A stretch of DNA of 64,000 nt. Origin: Planctomycetota bacterium. Lineage in GTDB: Bacteria; Planctomycetota; UBA8108; SXIK01. Below the pieces are notes generated by a model. It ran no database searches. It saw only the letters and a list, made by a program, of their open reading frames with translations, and had not been told where the DNA came from. A program made the translations under genes and the position numbers. Location of the stretch: positions 8,864,001-8,928,000 of the forward strand of contig OZ244999.1 in the NCBI GenBank assembly GCA_965223265.1. Direction: 5' to 3'. Positions 31,464 through 41,335 of the stretch are shown one piece after another. Within the stretch, counting starts at the first letter, position 1. Every line of letters begins with the position of its first letter.

Positions 31464-31529
31464 AGGCTCAGGTGGTTTAAGGCGACGATCCACTCTCTCG
31501 GGGAGCGGCGGGAGTTGGAGTGGGTGACG

Positions 31530-32095
31530 GTGTGCGTGTGCGTGTGCGTGTGCCTGTGCGTCTCCCAAAGTAGCAGGCACACTCCGTGTGCCGTCCGGTC
31601 TCGTGTCCGTGTGCGTGCGCGTGGTGCTTCTCTGCCTGACCTTTGTTTTCTTTGTTTCCTTCTGTTCAAGAGATCAGAAGAAGAGTTGAACAAACGGAAA
31701 TCAAGTCAACGAAGGGCGGCCGTCCAAAGTAGCAGGCACACTCCGTGTGCCGTCCGGTCTTGTGGGCGCGTGCGTGGGCGTGGGCGTCTTCCAAAGTCGC
31801 AGGCACACTCCGAGGCTGTGAAGTTTTTCGAGCGTGCCAGCGGAACTTACGGTCACGCTTCGCGCTCACCTCCGGAACGGCACACGGAGTGTGCCTGCTA
31901 CTATAGACACGAACCTCCGCCAAGACCATTTTCAAAGTAGCAGGCACACGCCTGTGAGCCGTCCGGAGGTGCGCGTGAGTTGCGACGGCGCGTTTTGAAA
32001 AATTCACAACCTCCCCGTGTGCCGTTCCGGAGCACCATGCGGCGGTTCGGTCGATGGTTCGAATTGGTCGAACACGGCACACCGGTAGCTGTTAT
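31530..32095. repeat. Composite intergenic repeat cluster: REP copies, type-B palindrome, GTGYGC hexamers
   Basis: CAAAGTAGCAGGCACACTCCGTGTGCCGTCCG at 31566 and 31725; inverted copy at ~31872-31903; variant at 31933; halves at 31792 and 32014. Type-B inverted pair at ~31640-31714. Confidence 0.9.
31812..32013. mobile_element. Putative non-autonomous MITE with terminal inverted repeats GAGG(C/T)TGTGAA, inserted in a REP loop
   Basis: Left end gaggctgtgaagtttttc..., right end ...gaaaaattcacaacctc, with ~40 bp of imperfect complementarity. Flanks are GGCACACTCC and CCCGTGTGCC, i.e. a split REP with a 3-bp TCC/CCC duplication. Confidence 0.6.
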
Positions 32096-32277
32096 CAAAC
32101 GTGAAGTCCGCCGGAGGCGGAGACAGAGCCCGGGTAACCACACTCAGGTTGCCGATCATGGCTGCGGCCACGCTCCGCGCCCACGCAAACGCCCAGAGAC
32201 GGATCCGCGTCGCCACCCACGTTCGCTCACCATCTCGCGCCGATTCACTCGGAAGCCGCCTTGGCGGTCGCCGTGCC

Positions 32278-33435
32278 CTATGCGCCGAGGTCGAGCCTTG
32301 TCGACTTGATTTTGTCGCGGTCGTAGACGCCCAGACCGAGCGCCGAGGCTAGCTCGATGTGCTGCGGCTGGCGGTACGAGTGGAAGCGTTTTGCCTCGTC
32401 GGTCTGTGGCACGGAGAAGTGACTCTGGGCGACTGGGGGAAGGCCTTTTTCGATCCGCTTCTTGTCGATGATGTCCCAGGTATATCGATCCATCGCGACC
32501 GGGTCGGTCGCGAAGTGCAGAGTGCGGTTGTACCAAAGGTTTCCTGGCGACTGAAATGGGCCGCCCTCAAACACTGCCGTGGTGCCGTCGAGGATGTGGA
32601 GCACGACCTTGCGTCGAATCACGGGCAGGGCAACGATCGCTGGAATGAAGGTGTTGCAGGCGTTCGTGGTGGCGCTGGCGTGGCTGCGCGCAACGTTGTT
32701 GACGAAGCCGTGCGACATATTCTTGAGCGCTAGCGTCACGCCGGCAGAGCCGTGATCCTTGAGGACCGGAAGATTGATGATCTTGTTGACCTTGCGAGAA
32801 ACGATCATTGCGACGTGGGAGCGTCGTGCCCGGTCGTCGTTCGGGTCATGCTGCTGCACGTCGATCAGCTCGATCTCACGGTAGACCTCGGGATCGTATC
32901 CGCCGAGATCGAGCTGCACGCCGTCGTACTGTTCGGTCGCTGCGTCCTCGCGTACGCCGTCGGGAAGATTCTTGTGATATCGCGCTTCACGAAACTCTTT
33001 GCGATAGCGGTCGAAAACGATGATGTCTTTCGCTCCAACACCCGCGCTCTTGAGTCCGTCGGCGACGGCGTGAACGAGTGGGAAGCTTGAGATCGCTTTC
33101 GGCCTTCCCACCGGATTGACTTTGACGCCGACGACATCGCCCGGCTCAAAGAAAAACTTCCACGCGGCCGTGGCGTCAGGAGCTCCGGTCAGTTCCATGA
33201 GCCCGCGCTGCACCATCTCCCTGACCGCCGACTCTTGCACCTTGCGCTGCACGATCGAGCCGGGATGATGCACTTCGACGACCTCTCCAGGGAACGGACC
33301 GGGAATCCCGAGCGGCAGTTTTCCCTTGGCCTCTTCCACTGCTGCGTTGGTGGCGCCTTCTTCGTCAGCGGCGTTGAGCATCGAAACCCCCAGCGCGCCG
33401 ACGATGGCGCTGCGCACGAATGTGCGGCGATCCAT
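32278..33435 (-). CDS. DUF362 domain protein with Tat signal
   Basis: MDRRTFVRS Tat motif; GDVVGVKVN, INLPVLKDH, GVTLALKN and DPVAMD motifs. Confidence 0.87.
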   Translation of the reverse strand: MDRRTFVRSAIVGALGVSMLNAADEEGATNAAVEEAKGKLPLGIPGPFPGEVVEVHHPGSIVQRKVQESAVREMVQRGLMELTGAPDATAAWKFFFEPGDVVGVKVNPVGRPKAISSFPLVHAVADGLKSAGVGAKDIIVFDRYRKEFREARYHKNLPDGVREDAATEQYDGVQLDLGGYDPEVYREIELIDVQQHDPNDDRARRSHVAMIVSRKVNKIINLPVLKDHGSAGVTLALKNMSHGFVNNVARSHASATTNACNTFIPAIVALPVIRRKVVLHILDGTTAVFEGGPFQSPGNLWYNRTLHFATDPVAMDRYTWDIIDKKRIEKGLPPVAQSHFSVPQTDEAKRFHSYRQPQHIELASALGLGVYDRDKIKSTRLDLGA

Positions 33436-33592
33436 AGCATGGGTCTTGTCGGCTTGCCGCTGCGCACCCTGCCGCGAAGTCGGATGAGATTTGCAGCCGG
33501 AGGCGGGCTCGGAACATGCGTGGCGTTGTGGTTTGTGTGCAGTCATGAGTGGGTCCCTTCAGTCGGCGGCGCGCAGGTCGTTCGGCCGTCGT

Positions 33593-35014
33593 CTACGTTA
33601 GGATTTCGTGAATCACTTCGCCACCGATGTCGGTGAGTCGAAACTCTCGCCCCTGGTACTTGTACGTCAGCTTTTCGTGGTCGACGCCGAGCAGGTGAAG
33701 GATTGTCGCGTGAAGATCCCTGATATGGGTACGACCTTCGACTGGAAGGTAGCCGAGCTCATCGGTCTGGCCATATGCCCTACCGCCGCGGATGCCGCCG
33801 CCGGCAAGCCAGGCGCAGAACGCATCTTTGTGATGATCTCGTCCGGCGCGTTCGCCTTGGTCGCCTTGGAGCATCGGTGTCCTGCCGAACTCGGCGCTCC
33901 AAACGACGAGCGTGTCGTCGAGGAGGCCTCGTTGCTTGAGGTCGCGGATGAGCGCGGCGCACGGTTGGTCGACCTGTGTGCACTTGCGGCGGAGGCCGCG
34001 GACGATTGAGCCGTGATGGTCCCAGCCCGAGTCGCAGAGCTGTACGAACCGCACACCTTTCTCGACGAGTCGGCGCGCCAAGAGGCAGTGATTCGCGAAA
34101 CTTGGCTTGCCTGGGGTTGTGCCATACATCTCGTGAATCGACTTCGGTTCCTGTGAGATGTCCATGAGATCGGGGACCGCCGTTTGCATGCGAAACGCGA
34201 GCTCATACTGCGCGATACGGGTGGCGATTTCCGGATCGCCAACGTCGGCTAGTCGGGTTTCATTGAGAGACTTGATCGTGTCGACGATTCTACGGCGACC
34301 TGATCGTGCTAAGCCGGGTGGATTGGATAGAAAGAGCACGGGATCGCCGGAGCTGCGAAACTGGACGCCCTGGTGCACGGAAGGCAAGAAGCCGTTCCCC
34401 CAGACGCTGTTGCCCGCGCCCGGAGTCGAACCAGTGACGAGGACGACAAACGCCGGCAGATCGCGATTCTCCGTACCGAGACCGTACGACACCCACGCCC
34501 CCAGGCTCGGCCGGCCAAACTCGCCGGCGCCGGTGTGCAGAAAGAGCTGCGCGGGACCATGGTTGAACTCTTCCGTCTGCAGCGTCTTGATCGGCGCGAT
34601 GTGATCCGCGACGGAGCCGAGGTGGGGCAGCAGATCAGAGAGCTCGAGCCCAGAGGCGCCGCGGCGAGAAAATCCAACGCGCGCTCCCATCAATCGCGGG
34701 CGACCGCGAAGGAACGCGAATCTTTGCCCTTTGATCAGGCTCTCCGGCACAAGTTCGCCGTCGTACTGCTGCAGCACAGGTTTGTTGTCGAAGAGCTCGA
34801 GCTGGGACGGCGCACCGACCATGTGCAGCAAGATGACGTTTCTCGCCTTCGCGCGTAGGAACGGAATCTGAGAGTCGCTGCCGGCATCCGCGAGCGGATG
34901 AGCTACCGATCTGTCGTTCGTCAGCAGCGAGGTCAACGCGATCGTCCCGAGACCAAACGTCGAGCGCTTGAACAGTTCGCGTCGCGTCAGTTGTAGGGCG
35001 AGTTCCGGGGTCAT
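33593..35014 (-). CDS. DUF1501 domain protein
   Basis: TRRELF Tat motif; [33 protein letters not shown] and GRDH motifs. Confidence 0.93.
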   Translation of the reverse strand: MTPELALQLTRRELFKRSTFGLGTIALTSLLTNDRSVAHPLADAGSDSQIPFLRAKARNVILLHMVGAPSQLELFDNKPVLQQYDGELVPESLIKGQRFAFLRGRPRLMGARVGFSRRGASGLELSDLLPHLGSVADHIAPIKTLQTEEFNHGPAQLFLHTGAGEFGRPSLGAWVSYGLGTENRDLPAFVVLVTGSTPGAGNSVWGNGFLPSVHQGVQFRSSGDPVLFLSNPPGLARSGRRRIVDTIKSLNETRLADVGDPEIATRIAQYELAFRMQTAVPDLMDISQEPKSIHEMYGTTPGKPSFANHCLLARRLVEKGVRFVQLCDSGWDHHGSIVRGLRRKCTQVDQPCAALIRDLKQRGLLDDTLVVWSAEFGRTPMLQGDQGERAGRDHHKDAFCAWLAGGGIRGGRAYGQTDELGYLPVEGRTHIRDLHATILHLLGVDHEKLTYKYQGREFRLTDIGGEVIHEILT

Positions 35015-35046
35015 TGTTCGGTCAACGGTGCATCATTCAGAAGAAC

Positions 35047-37494
35047 TCAGCTCTTGGTGATCACCTCATCGAGGTTGAGAAGAGCGTTGGTGACGAAGAA
35101 CCACGCCGCGATGTCACTTTCGAAGCCCGGATCGTTCTCGAACCGTAGGGGCTGGTCGGAGTCGTCTATCTGCGCGCCAACGAGCGCTCTCGCAGCGCCT
35201 GGGTCGGCTGCAAACCGAGCCCGCTCTTCTGTATAGACGCGGCTGAGCAGCTGCAGCTCGTCAGCCGTAGGCGCGCGCATCACGCAGCGGCGGAAGGTGT
35301 CAGCTGCGACTTCTCTGATCCGATCCTGGGAAGAACTCGTCGCGACTGCGGTGGGCGAAGCGGAGGCGACCGCTGTCGCACACTGCACTGCAAGCTCAAG
35401 CGCCACCTCGACGTAAACAGGATCGTTGAGAAGTGTCAACGCTTGCAGCGGCGTGTTGGTGCGTGAACGACTCGGTGTGCATGAGGCTCGGTCCGGTGCG
35501 TCGAAGTTGACGAAACTGGGGTAAGGGCTACTGCGCCGCCACACGGTGTAGAGACTGCGGCGGTAGCGGTCGCGTCCGGTGCTCGTGCGATAGGTATTGT
35601 CGACTTGTCCAATCACGTTCCAGACGCCGTCCGGCTGTGGCGGTCGGACTGGCGGGCCGCCCATCGTCGGTGCGAGGAGGCCGCTGACAGCCAGCGCATA
35701 GTCGCGGATCTTCTCTGCCTCGAGTCGTAGCCGTGGGCCGCGCCAGTAGAGCGTGTTTTCCGGGTCTGCCTTTTGCGCTGCCGACCAAGCTGCTGCGCGT
35801 GGGATCCGTGAGTCCTGACGGTAAGTGGCTGAGGTGACGAGGATGCGGTGCATGTGCTTCATCGACCATCCATGGTCAACGAACTCCGTCGCCAGCCAAT
35901 CGAGAAGCTGAGGGTGCGACGGCGGCTCCGATTGCGAACCGAAGTCCTCGAGGCGAGGCGCGATGCCACGGCCGAAGAACTCGTTCCACCATCGATTCAC
36001 CGCCGCGCGGGCGACGAGAGGGTTTTCGCGCGACACGAGCCACCGAGCCAGGCCGAGTCGATTCTTTGGCGCCTCCGGCTGCATTGAATGGAATACTCTC
36101 GGCACACCGCGCTCAACTTGCTTGCCGGGGTTCAAGAAGTTGCCGCGTTTGAAGACGTGAGTCGGTCTTGGCTCGTCGCGCTCCATCATAACCAACGTTG
36201 AGAACGGCTCGAGGAGCGCGAGCGATTCCTGACAACGTTCGAGCGACGCGGCAATCTCTTTGTGGCGCCCGTCTTGCGACAACAGGTGCTGCTCGACGCT
36301 CTTGAGGGTCTTGGCTCGGTCTTCTGGTCGGAGCTCTTCGCTGTTTCCCCTATTGGTTCGGCTAGCGGTCAGCAGCTCGCGTAGTGCTGGCGTGACGTCC
36401 GTCAGCGCTGCCGGGTCCTGATCGAAGCGGGTGAGAAGCTGACTTGCGTCGGCCTCTACCGTCTTCTTGAGTGCTGCTAACTCGCGCTCTGCACGCTCCC
36501 GTCGCTTCTGGAGGTCGCGACGACGACTCCGCCGTTCCGCGGGCTCCGGGAGCTCGAGCGAAGGTCCTACGAATTGCCTTCGCGCTCGTTCTTCCGCGAC
36601 GGTTTCTATCTTCGTCGAATTAAAGAAAGCGAATAACTGGTAGTAGTCCTCCTGGGAGAACGGATCGTACTTGTGTTCGTGGCACTGCGCGCACGCGAGC
36701 GTGGTCGCCAGCCACACCGTCGCCGTGGTGTTGACACGGTCGATCACGGCGTTGACTCGATCCTCTTCTTGGTCGACCCCAGCTTCTACATTCACCGTCG
36801 TGCCGCGGTGAAATCCGGTCGCGATGCGCTGCGCGAGTGTCGGGCTCGGTAGCAGGTCCCCGGCGATTTGCTCGACGGTGAAGCGGTCGAACGGCATGTC
36901 GGCGTTGAGCGCTTCGACGACCCAGTCGCGGTACGCCCACACTTGTCGGTGGCCGTCACGCTGGTAGCCGTTGGAGTCGGCGTAGCGCGCCAAGTCGAGC
37001 CAATGGCGCGCCCAGTTCTCGCCGTACTGCGGCGACGCAAGCAGGCTCTCGACGATGTGCTCGTAGGCATTCGGGTCATCGCTGGCAAGAAAAGCGTCGA
37101 CGTCGGCCGGTCGCGGCGGTAGTCCGATGAGATCGAGGTAGACGCGACGGAGAAGAGCCACACGATCCGCCTGCGGCGATGGGGCAAGCCCAGCGTCCTC
37201 GAGGCGGGCGAGAATGAATGCATCGAGCGGCTGTTGGATCCATGCCTTGTTTTTCACGCGCGGCAGTTGCGGGCGCTGCGGCGCTGCGTACGCCCAGTGA
37301 GTCGTGGCGGTGTTCCGTTCGATGCGATCTTCTGCGGTCGCCGTTGTCGTCGCAAAAGTGCTCACGGCCGCAATCAAGAAAATGCACAGTCGTCGGCGCG
37401 CGCCACAGGTCGACGACCACGGGGCAGCCTCCGCCGGTCGGTCACGGCGAGAGCGTCCACTGACCATTGGCACCGCTTGATTCGCTTCGTACAT
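35047..37494 (-). CDS. DUF1549/DUF1553 (PSD1) planctomycete protein, without the N-terminal cytochrome c domain
   Basis: HWAY, LRRVYLDLIGLPP, YGENWARHWLDLARYADS, CAQCH, HPQLLDWLA and TNTPLQAL motifs. Confidence 0.93.
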   Translation of the reverse strand: MYEANQAVPMVSGRSRRDRPAEAAPWSSTCGARRRLCIFLIAAVSTFATTTATAEDRIERNTATTHWAYAAPQRPQLPRVKNKAWIQQPLDAFILARLEDAGLAPSPQADRVALLRRVYLDLIGLPPRPADVDAFLASDDPNAYEHIVESLLASPQYGENWARHWLDLARYADSNGYQRDGHRQVWAYRDWVVEALNADMPFDRFTVEQIAGDLLPSPTLAQRIATGFHRGTTVNVEAGVDQEEDRVNAVIDRVNTTATVWLATTLACAQCHEHKYDPFSQEDYYQLFAFFNSTKIETVAEERARRQFVGPSLELPEPAERRSRRRDLQKRRERAERELAALKKTVEADASQLLTRFDQDPAALTDVTPALRELLTASRTNRGNSEELRPEDRAKTLKSVEQHLLSQDGRHKEIAASLERCQESLALLEPFSTLVMMERDEPRPTHVFKRGNFLNPGKQVERGVPRVFHSMQPEAPKNRLGLARWLVSRENPLVARAAVNRWWNEFFGRGIAPRLEDFGSQSEPPSHPQLLDWLATEFVDHGWSMKHMHRILVTSATYRQDSRIPRAAAWSAAQKADPENTLYWRGPRLRLEAEKIRDYALAVSGLLAPTMGGPPVRPPQPDGVWNVIGQVDNTYRTSTGRDRYRRSLYTVWRRSSPYPSFVNFDAPDRASCTPSRSRTNTPLQALTLLNDPVYVEVALELAVQCATAVASASPTAVATSSSQDRIREVAADTFRRCVMRAPTADELQLLSRVYTEERARFAADPGAARALVGAQIDDSDQPLRFENDPGFESDIAAWFFVTNALLNLDEVITKS

Positions 37495-37944
37495 GAACGA
37501 TCTCGTCCAACAACACTGGGTGGGTCTTCGCGCTTCGTCGCCTCTCAGGAGGTCGCCGAAGGGGTTTCAGTAGACACCCGCCAGGGTACCACGGGCGCGG
37601 TGTCGGTTGCGAGACTCGAGCGCGAGGCATGGCGCCGAACCTGCCTGCTGGCGCAAGGTGGTGGGACTGCCTGACCTCCGCTCTGAGGCCGGAGTGTGCC
37701 GGCTATTCGATCACGCGGACCTAAAGTCGTTTCGACACGCGACGCTGAGCCGAAACCGGCGTGAATACCGCAGCTATCGGATTGGTGACGCCTCGTGGAG
37801 GACTTGCCTCTACCCGGCGCTGCGAGTTGCCTGTAGCCTGGCAAGAATCCCTCTTACGGACATCAGAATTCCCAGGCGCGGCTACTCTTTTGTCGGCAAT
37901 GGCCGCCTGCGCCTTTTTGCATTCAGATCACGGAGACAAGCGAG

Positions 37945-39993
37945 ATGCAGCGAGGCCACTCTTTTATCGTCGTAGCGCTGACACTTTCGATCACGTTGAT
38001 AGCGAGCCGGGACGGCTACGGCCATCACCCAAAGGGTGTCGAGTACAAGGTCTTTCAGTTCTCAGAGGAGAAACTGCCGAAAATCGACGGCGACCCGTCG
38101 GACTGGAGTGACGTTCCCGCAGATTACAAGATCGACGGATCGCACCTGCGCGACACTGTCATGGGCAAGGGGGCGGACATGGACCCCGACGATCTCGCCG
38201 TCGAGGTGATCGTCGGCTGGAGTCCGGTTTCGAACCGGCTCTACTTTCTCTACAAGGTCTACGACGACATGTTCAACTTCAACCTGCCGCGAGGCGATAT
38301 CTTCGAAGTCGTCGTTGACGCAGACCATTCGGGCGGACGGTACCACACATTCGACGATGTCGATGGCGAGACCGAAGCCCTCCTCAAGAGTACGACGGCG
38401 CAGAACTACCATATCTTCACACCGCCAGCGAGCGGCAAGAAGTGGGCTTGGGTGTGGGGCTCACAGCAGTGGCTCATAGAAAAGCCGTGGGCCGAGGCTG
38501 AGTACGCCTACGATTTCGCCTACAAGGAGTCCGGCACACTTTACCTCGAGTTCTACATCACGCCGTTCAACTACGCTAGCTTTCGAGGCGCGGAGTACAG
38601 CGCAGTCCACAAGCTGGAAGAGAACAAAATCATCGGCCTTTCTTGGTCGGTGCTTGACTACGACGAGAGCGACACGACCTACGAAGGCTTTTGGAATCTG
38701 TCGCATCACACGCGAATGGATCGCACCGCCAGCCTGCTGCCGAACTTTCGCCTGATGCCGCTAGCGAAGCCAAAAGTGGGTGCGGAGTGGCCTGAGTTTC
38801 GCGGCCCGAAGCATGACGGGCACTCGACCGCTACGGATCTGCCCCTTCACTGGAGCGAAGAACAGAACGTCGCATGGAAGACTGCAGTGCATGGACGAGG
38901 CTGGTCGACCCCGGTCGTTGTGGAAGACCAACTTTGGCTGACCACGGCAACTCCCGATGGACGTGAGATGTCCGTTCTTTGTGTTGATCGAGAAGACGGT
39001 CAGGTTTCACTGGATAAGATTCTTTTCACCGTCGAGAATCCTCGCCCGCTTGGCAATACCGTGAACACGTACGCCTCTCCGTCTCCGCTCGTCGACGGTC
39101 GGCGTGTGTACGTGACGTTTGGGAGCTACGGCACGGCATGTCTCGATCGGTCGACGGGCGACGTGCTGTGGCAGCGTCGCGACCTGAAGTGCAATCACTT
39201 TCGTGGCCCGGCGTCCTCGCCTGTCCTGCATGAGGGAAGACTCATCATGCACATGGACGGCTCGGACTATCAGTACGTTGTTGCCCTCGACAAGCTGAGC
39301 GGCGATGAAGTGTGGAAAGTCGATCGTTCGACGGACTTTGGAGATCTCGACGAGAACGGCAAGCCGCGTGCCAACGGCGACTATCGCAAGGCGTTCAACA
39401 CGCCATTCATCAGCCAGCTCGCGGGTCGCCAGCAGATGCTGAGCCCTGGAGCGAAAGCGGCGTTCGCTTACGATCCAGCCGATGGGTCCGAGCTCTGGAC
39501 GGTTCGCTATTCCACGCATTCAACGGCGTCTCGCTCACTCGTCGCGGGTGGGTTGGCTCTCATCAATACGGGCTACAGCAAGCCGGAGTTGTGGGCTGTC
39601 GACGCCAGCGGTCGGGGTGACGTCACTGGGACGCACGTGCGCTGGAGGAGGCAGCGAAACATCCCCAAGCGATCCTCTCCAGTGTTGGTCGATGGTCTTC
39701 TCTACCTTGTCACCGACAAAGGGGTCGCAAGCTGTGTAGAGGCGGCGACCGGCGAGGAGGTTTGGCTGGAGCGTATCGGAGGTAATTTCTCGGCCTCTCT
39801 TATGCACGCCGACGGCCGTATTTACTTCTGCAGCGAGGAAGGGGAGACGGTTGTGATCAAACCAGCGCGGCATTATGTCGAGTTGGCTCGGAATCGCCTG
39901 GCCGCCGGGCTCATGGCATCTCCGGTGGCCGCCGGGGATTCGCTGTTCCTCAGGACGAGGACGCATCTGTATCGGATTCGCGCCGACGTCTAG
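37945..39993 (+). CDS. Exported fusion protein: CBM9-like N-terminal domain + PQQ-like beta-propeller
   Basis: LPKIDGDPSDW...LYFLYKVYDD...FEVVVDAD in the N-terminal part; EWPEFRGP, WKTAVHGRGWSTP and repeated G..W propeller motifs after it. Confidence 0.75.
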   Translation: MQRGHSFIVVALTLSITLIASRDGYGHHPKGVEYKVFQFSEEKLPKIDGDPSDWSDVPADYKIDGSHLRDTVMGKGADMDPDDLAVEVIVGWSPVSNRLYFLYKVYDDMFNFNLPRGDIFEVVVDADHSGGRYHTFDDVDGETEALLKSTTAQNYHIFTPPASGKKWAWVWGSQQWLIEKPWAEAEYAYDFAYKESGTLYLEFYITPFNYASFRGAEYSAVHKLEENKIIGLSWSVLDYDESDTTYEGFWNLSHHTRMDRTASLLPNFRLMPLAKPKVGAEWPEFRGPKHDGHSTATDLPLHWSEEQNVAWKTAVHGRGWSTPVVVEDQLWLTTATPDGREMSVLCVDREDGQVSLDKILFTVENPRPLGNTVNTYASPSPLVDGRRVYVTFGSYGTACLDRSTGDVLWQRRDLKCNHFRGPASSPVLHEGRLIMHMDGSDYQYVVALDKLSGDEVWKVDRSTDFGDLDENGKPRANGDYRKAFNTPFISQLAGRQQMLSPGAKAAFAYDPADGSELWTVRYSTHSTASRSLVAGGLALINTGYSKPELWAVDASGRGDVTGTHVRWRRQRNIPKRSSPVLVDGLLYLVTDKGVASCVEAATGEEVWLERIGGNFSASLMHADGRIYFCSEEGETVVIKPARHYVELARNRLAAGLMASPVAAGDSLFLRTRTHLYRIRADV

Positions 39994-40183
39994 CTGGACG
40001 AATTCTCGCTTTTACGTCGTCGCAACCCGCGCCTCCGAACAGTTTTCGGCGACCGGCGCCGTCGATTTGCCGGTTCCGAAATCGTGTTGTAGTTTTGAAT
40101 ACGGCGGCTGGGGGCCGGTATGGGTAAATCCAAGGGCAGGCAGCCCTTCAGGATAGGTCGAGGAGAGTAGGGGAGAGAAGAAG

Positions 40184-41335
40184 ATGACGACAACCGAAGC
40201 CGTCTCCATCCGTCGTGGCGTGTCTCAATCGCTTGATCCGGCAGTTGCTGCGCGCGAGCTGCACGAATCGATCTCGCAGGCCAATACGGCGCTTGGGGTC
40301 TTCTATTGTTCCCCAGAGTACGATCTTGTCGCTCTGGGCACAGAGCTCAAACGGAATTTTGGCGACGTCGAGTTGATCGGCTGCACGACTGCCGGGGAGA
40401 TCACTCCGATTGGCTACGTGTCTCGATCGATCACCGGAGTCACCATCTCCGGTCGGGAACTTGTCGCCTCGACTCACCGCATCGATCGAGTCAGCGAGTT
40501 CGAGTTCGCCAACGGCAGCGCGATCGCTCAGTCACTGCGGGCGTCCCTACAGAGCAAAGTGCCTGCGGGTGATGAGTGGAACTCGCTCGCCTTTCTTCTG
40601 ATCGATGGCCTTTCGATGATGGAGGAGAGTGTCGTCGCTGGGCTGCATCTGAACCTTGGCGATGTACCACTCTTCGGCGGTTCGGCAGGCGACGGCGTGC
40701 GCTTCGAAGAGACATTCGTATACCACGATGGTGAGTTTCGCCGCGACTGTGCCGTCATCACGCTCATGTCGACCTGCCTTCCGTTCCACGTCTTCAAGGC
40801 GCAGCATTTTGTCCCGACCGATACCAAGATGGTCGTGACGGGAGCAGATCCCGCGAGACGGATCGTCACTGAAATCAACGGTCGGCCCGCTGGCGCCGAG
40901 TATGCTCGCATCATCGGGCTGGATTCCGCCGAGTTGACCCCGATGATCTTTGGTAGCCATCCGGTGGTCGTTCAGATCGGCGGCGAATACTTCGTCCGTT
41001 CAATTCAACAGGTGAACGAGGACGGCAGCCTCTCCTTCTTCTGCGCCATCGACGAGGGAATCGTCCTCACGCTCGGGGAGCACGTCGATATGGTCGAGAA
41101 TCTGACCGATCTCTTTCGCGACATTCGTGCGCAAGTCGGACCGCCTCAGCTCGTGATTGCGTGTGACTGCATCCTTCGCAACCTGGAAAGCGATCAACAC
41201 GAAATCAAAGAGCGTATCGGCCAAATTCTGGCAGACAACAACACGATTGGCTTCAGTACCTACGGCGAGCAATTCAACGCCATGCACGTCAACCAAACGT
41301 TCACAGGTGTTGCGCTTGGAGCACCGGTACGATGA
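40184..41335 (+). CDS. nosP: FIST-domain protein, NosP-like (haem/NO sensor)
   Basis: [46 protein letters not shown] and [14 protein letters not shown] motifs. Confidence 0.85.
   Translation: MTTTEAVSIRRGVSQSLDPAVAARELHESISQANTALGVFYCSPEYDLVALGTELKRNFGDVELIGCTTAGEITPIGYVSRSITGVTISGRELVASTHRIDRVSEFEFANGSAIAQSLRASLQSKVPAGDEWNSLAFLLIDGLSMMEESVVAGLHLNLGDVPLFGGSAGDGVRFEETFVYHDGEFRRDCAVITLMSTCLPFHVFKAQHFVPTDTKMVVTGADPARRIVTEINGRPAGAEYARIIGLDSAELTPMIFGSHPVVVQIGGEYFVRSIQQVNEDGSLSFFCAIDEGIVLTLGEHVDMVENLTDLFRDIRAQVGPPQLVIACDCILRNLESDQHEIKERIGQILADNNTIGFSTYGEQFNAMHVNQTFTGVALGAPVR

Noticed and set aside
31566-32030. CRISPR array (32-bp palindromic repeat recurring)
   Set aside because: Copies occur in both orientations with irregular spacing and repetitive spacers, are scattered across the window, and there are no cas genes. 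The pattern fits REPs.
31382-32309. Several short ORFs in the ligD-DUF362 gap
   Set aside because: Translations of repeat DNA (HTHTHT, VCVCVC) with no protein-family motifs.
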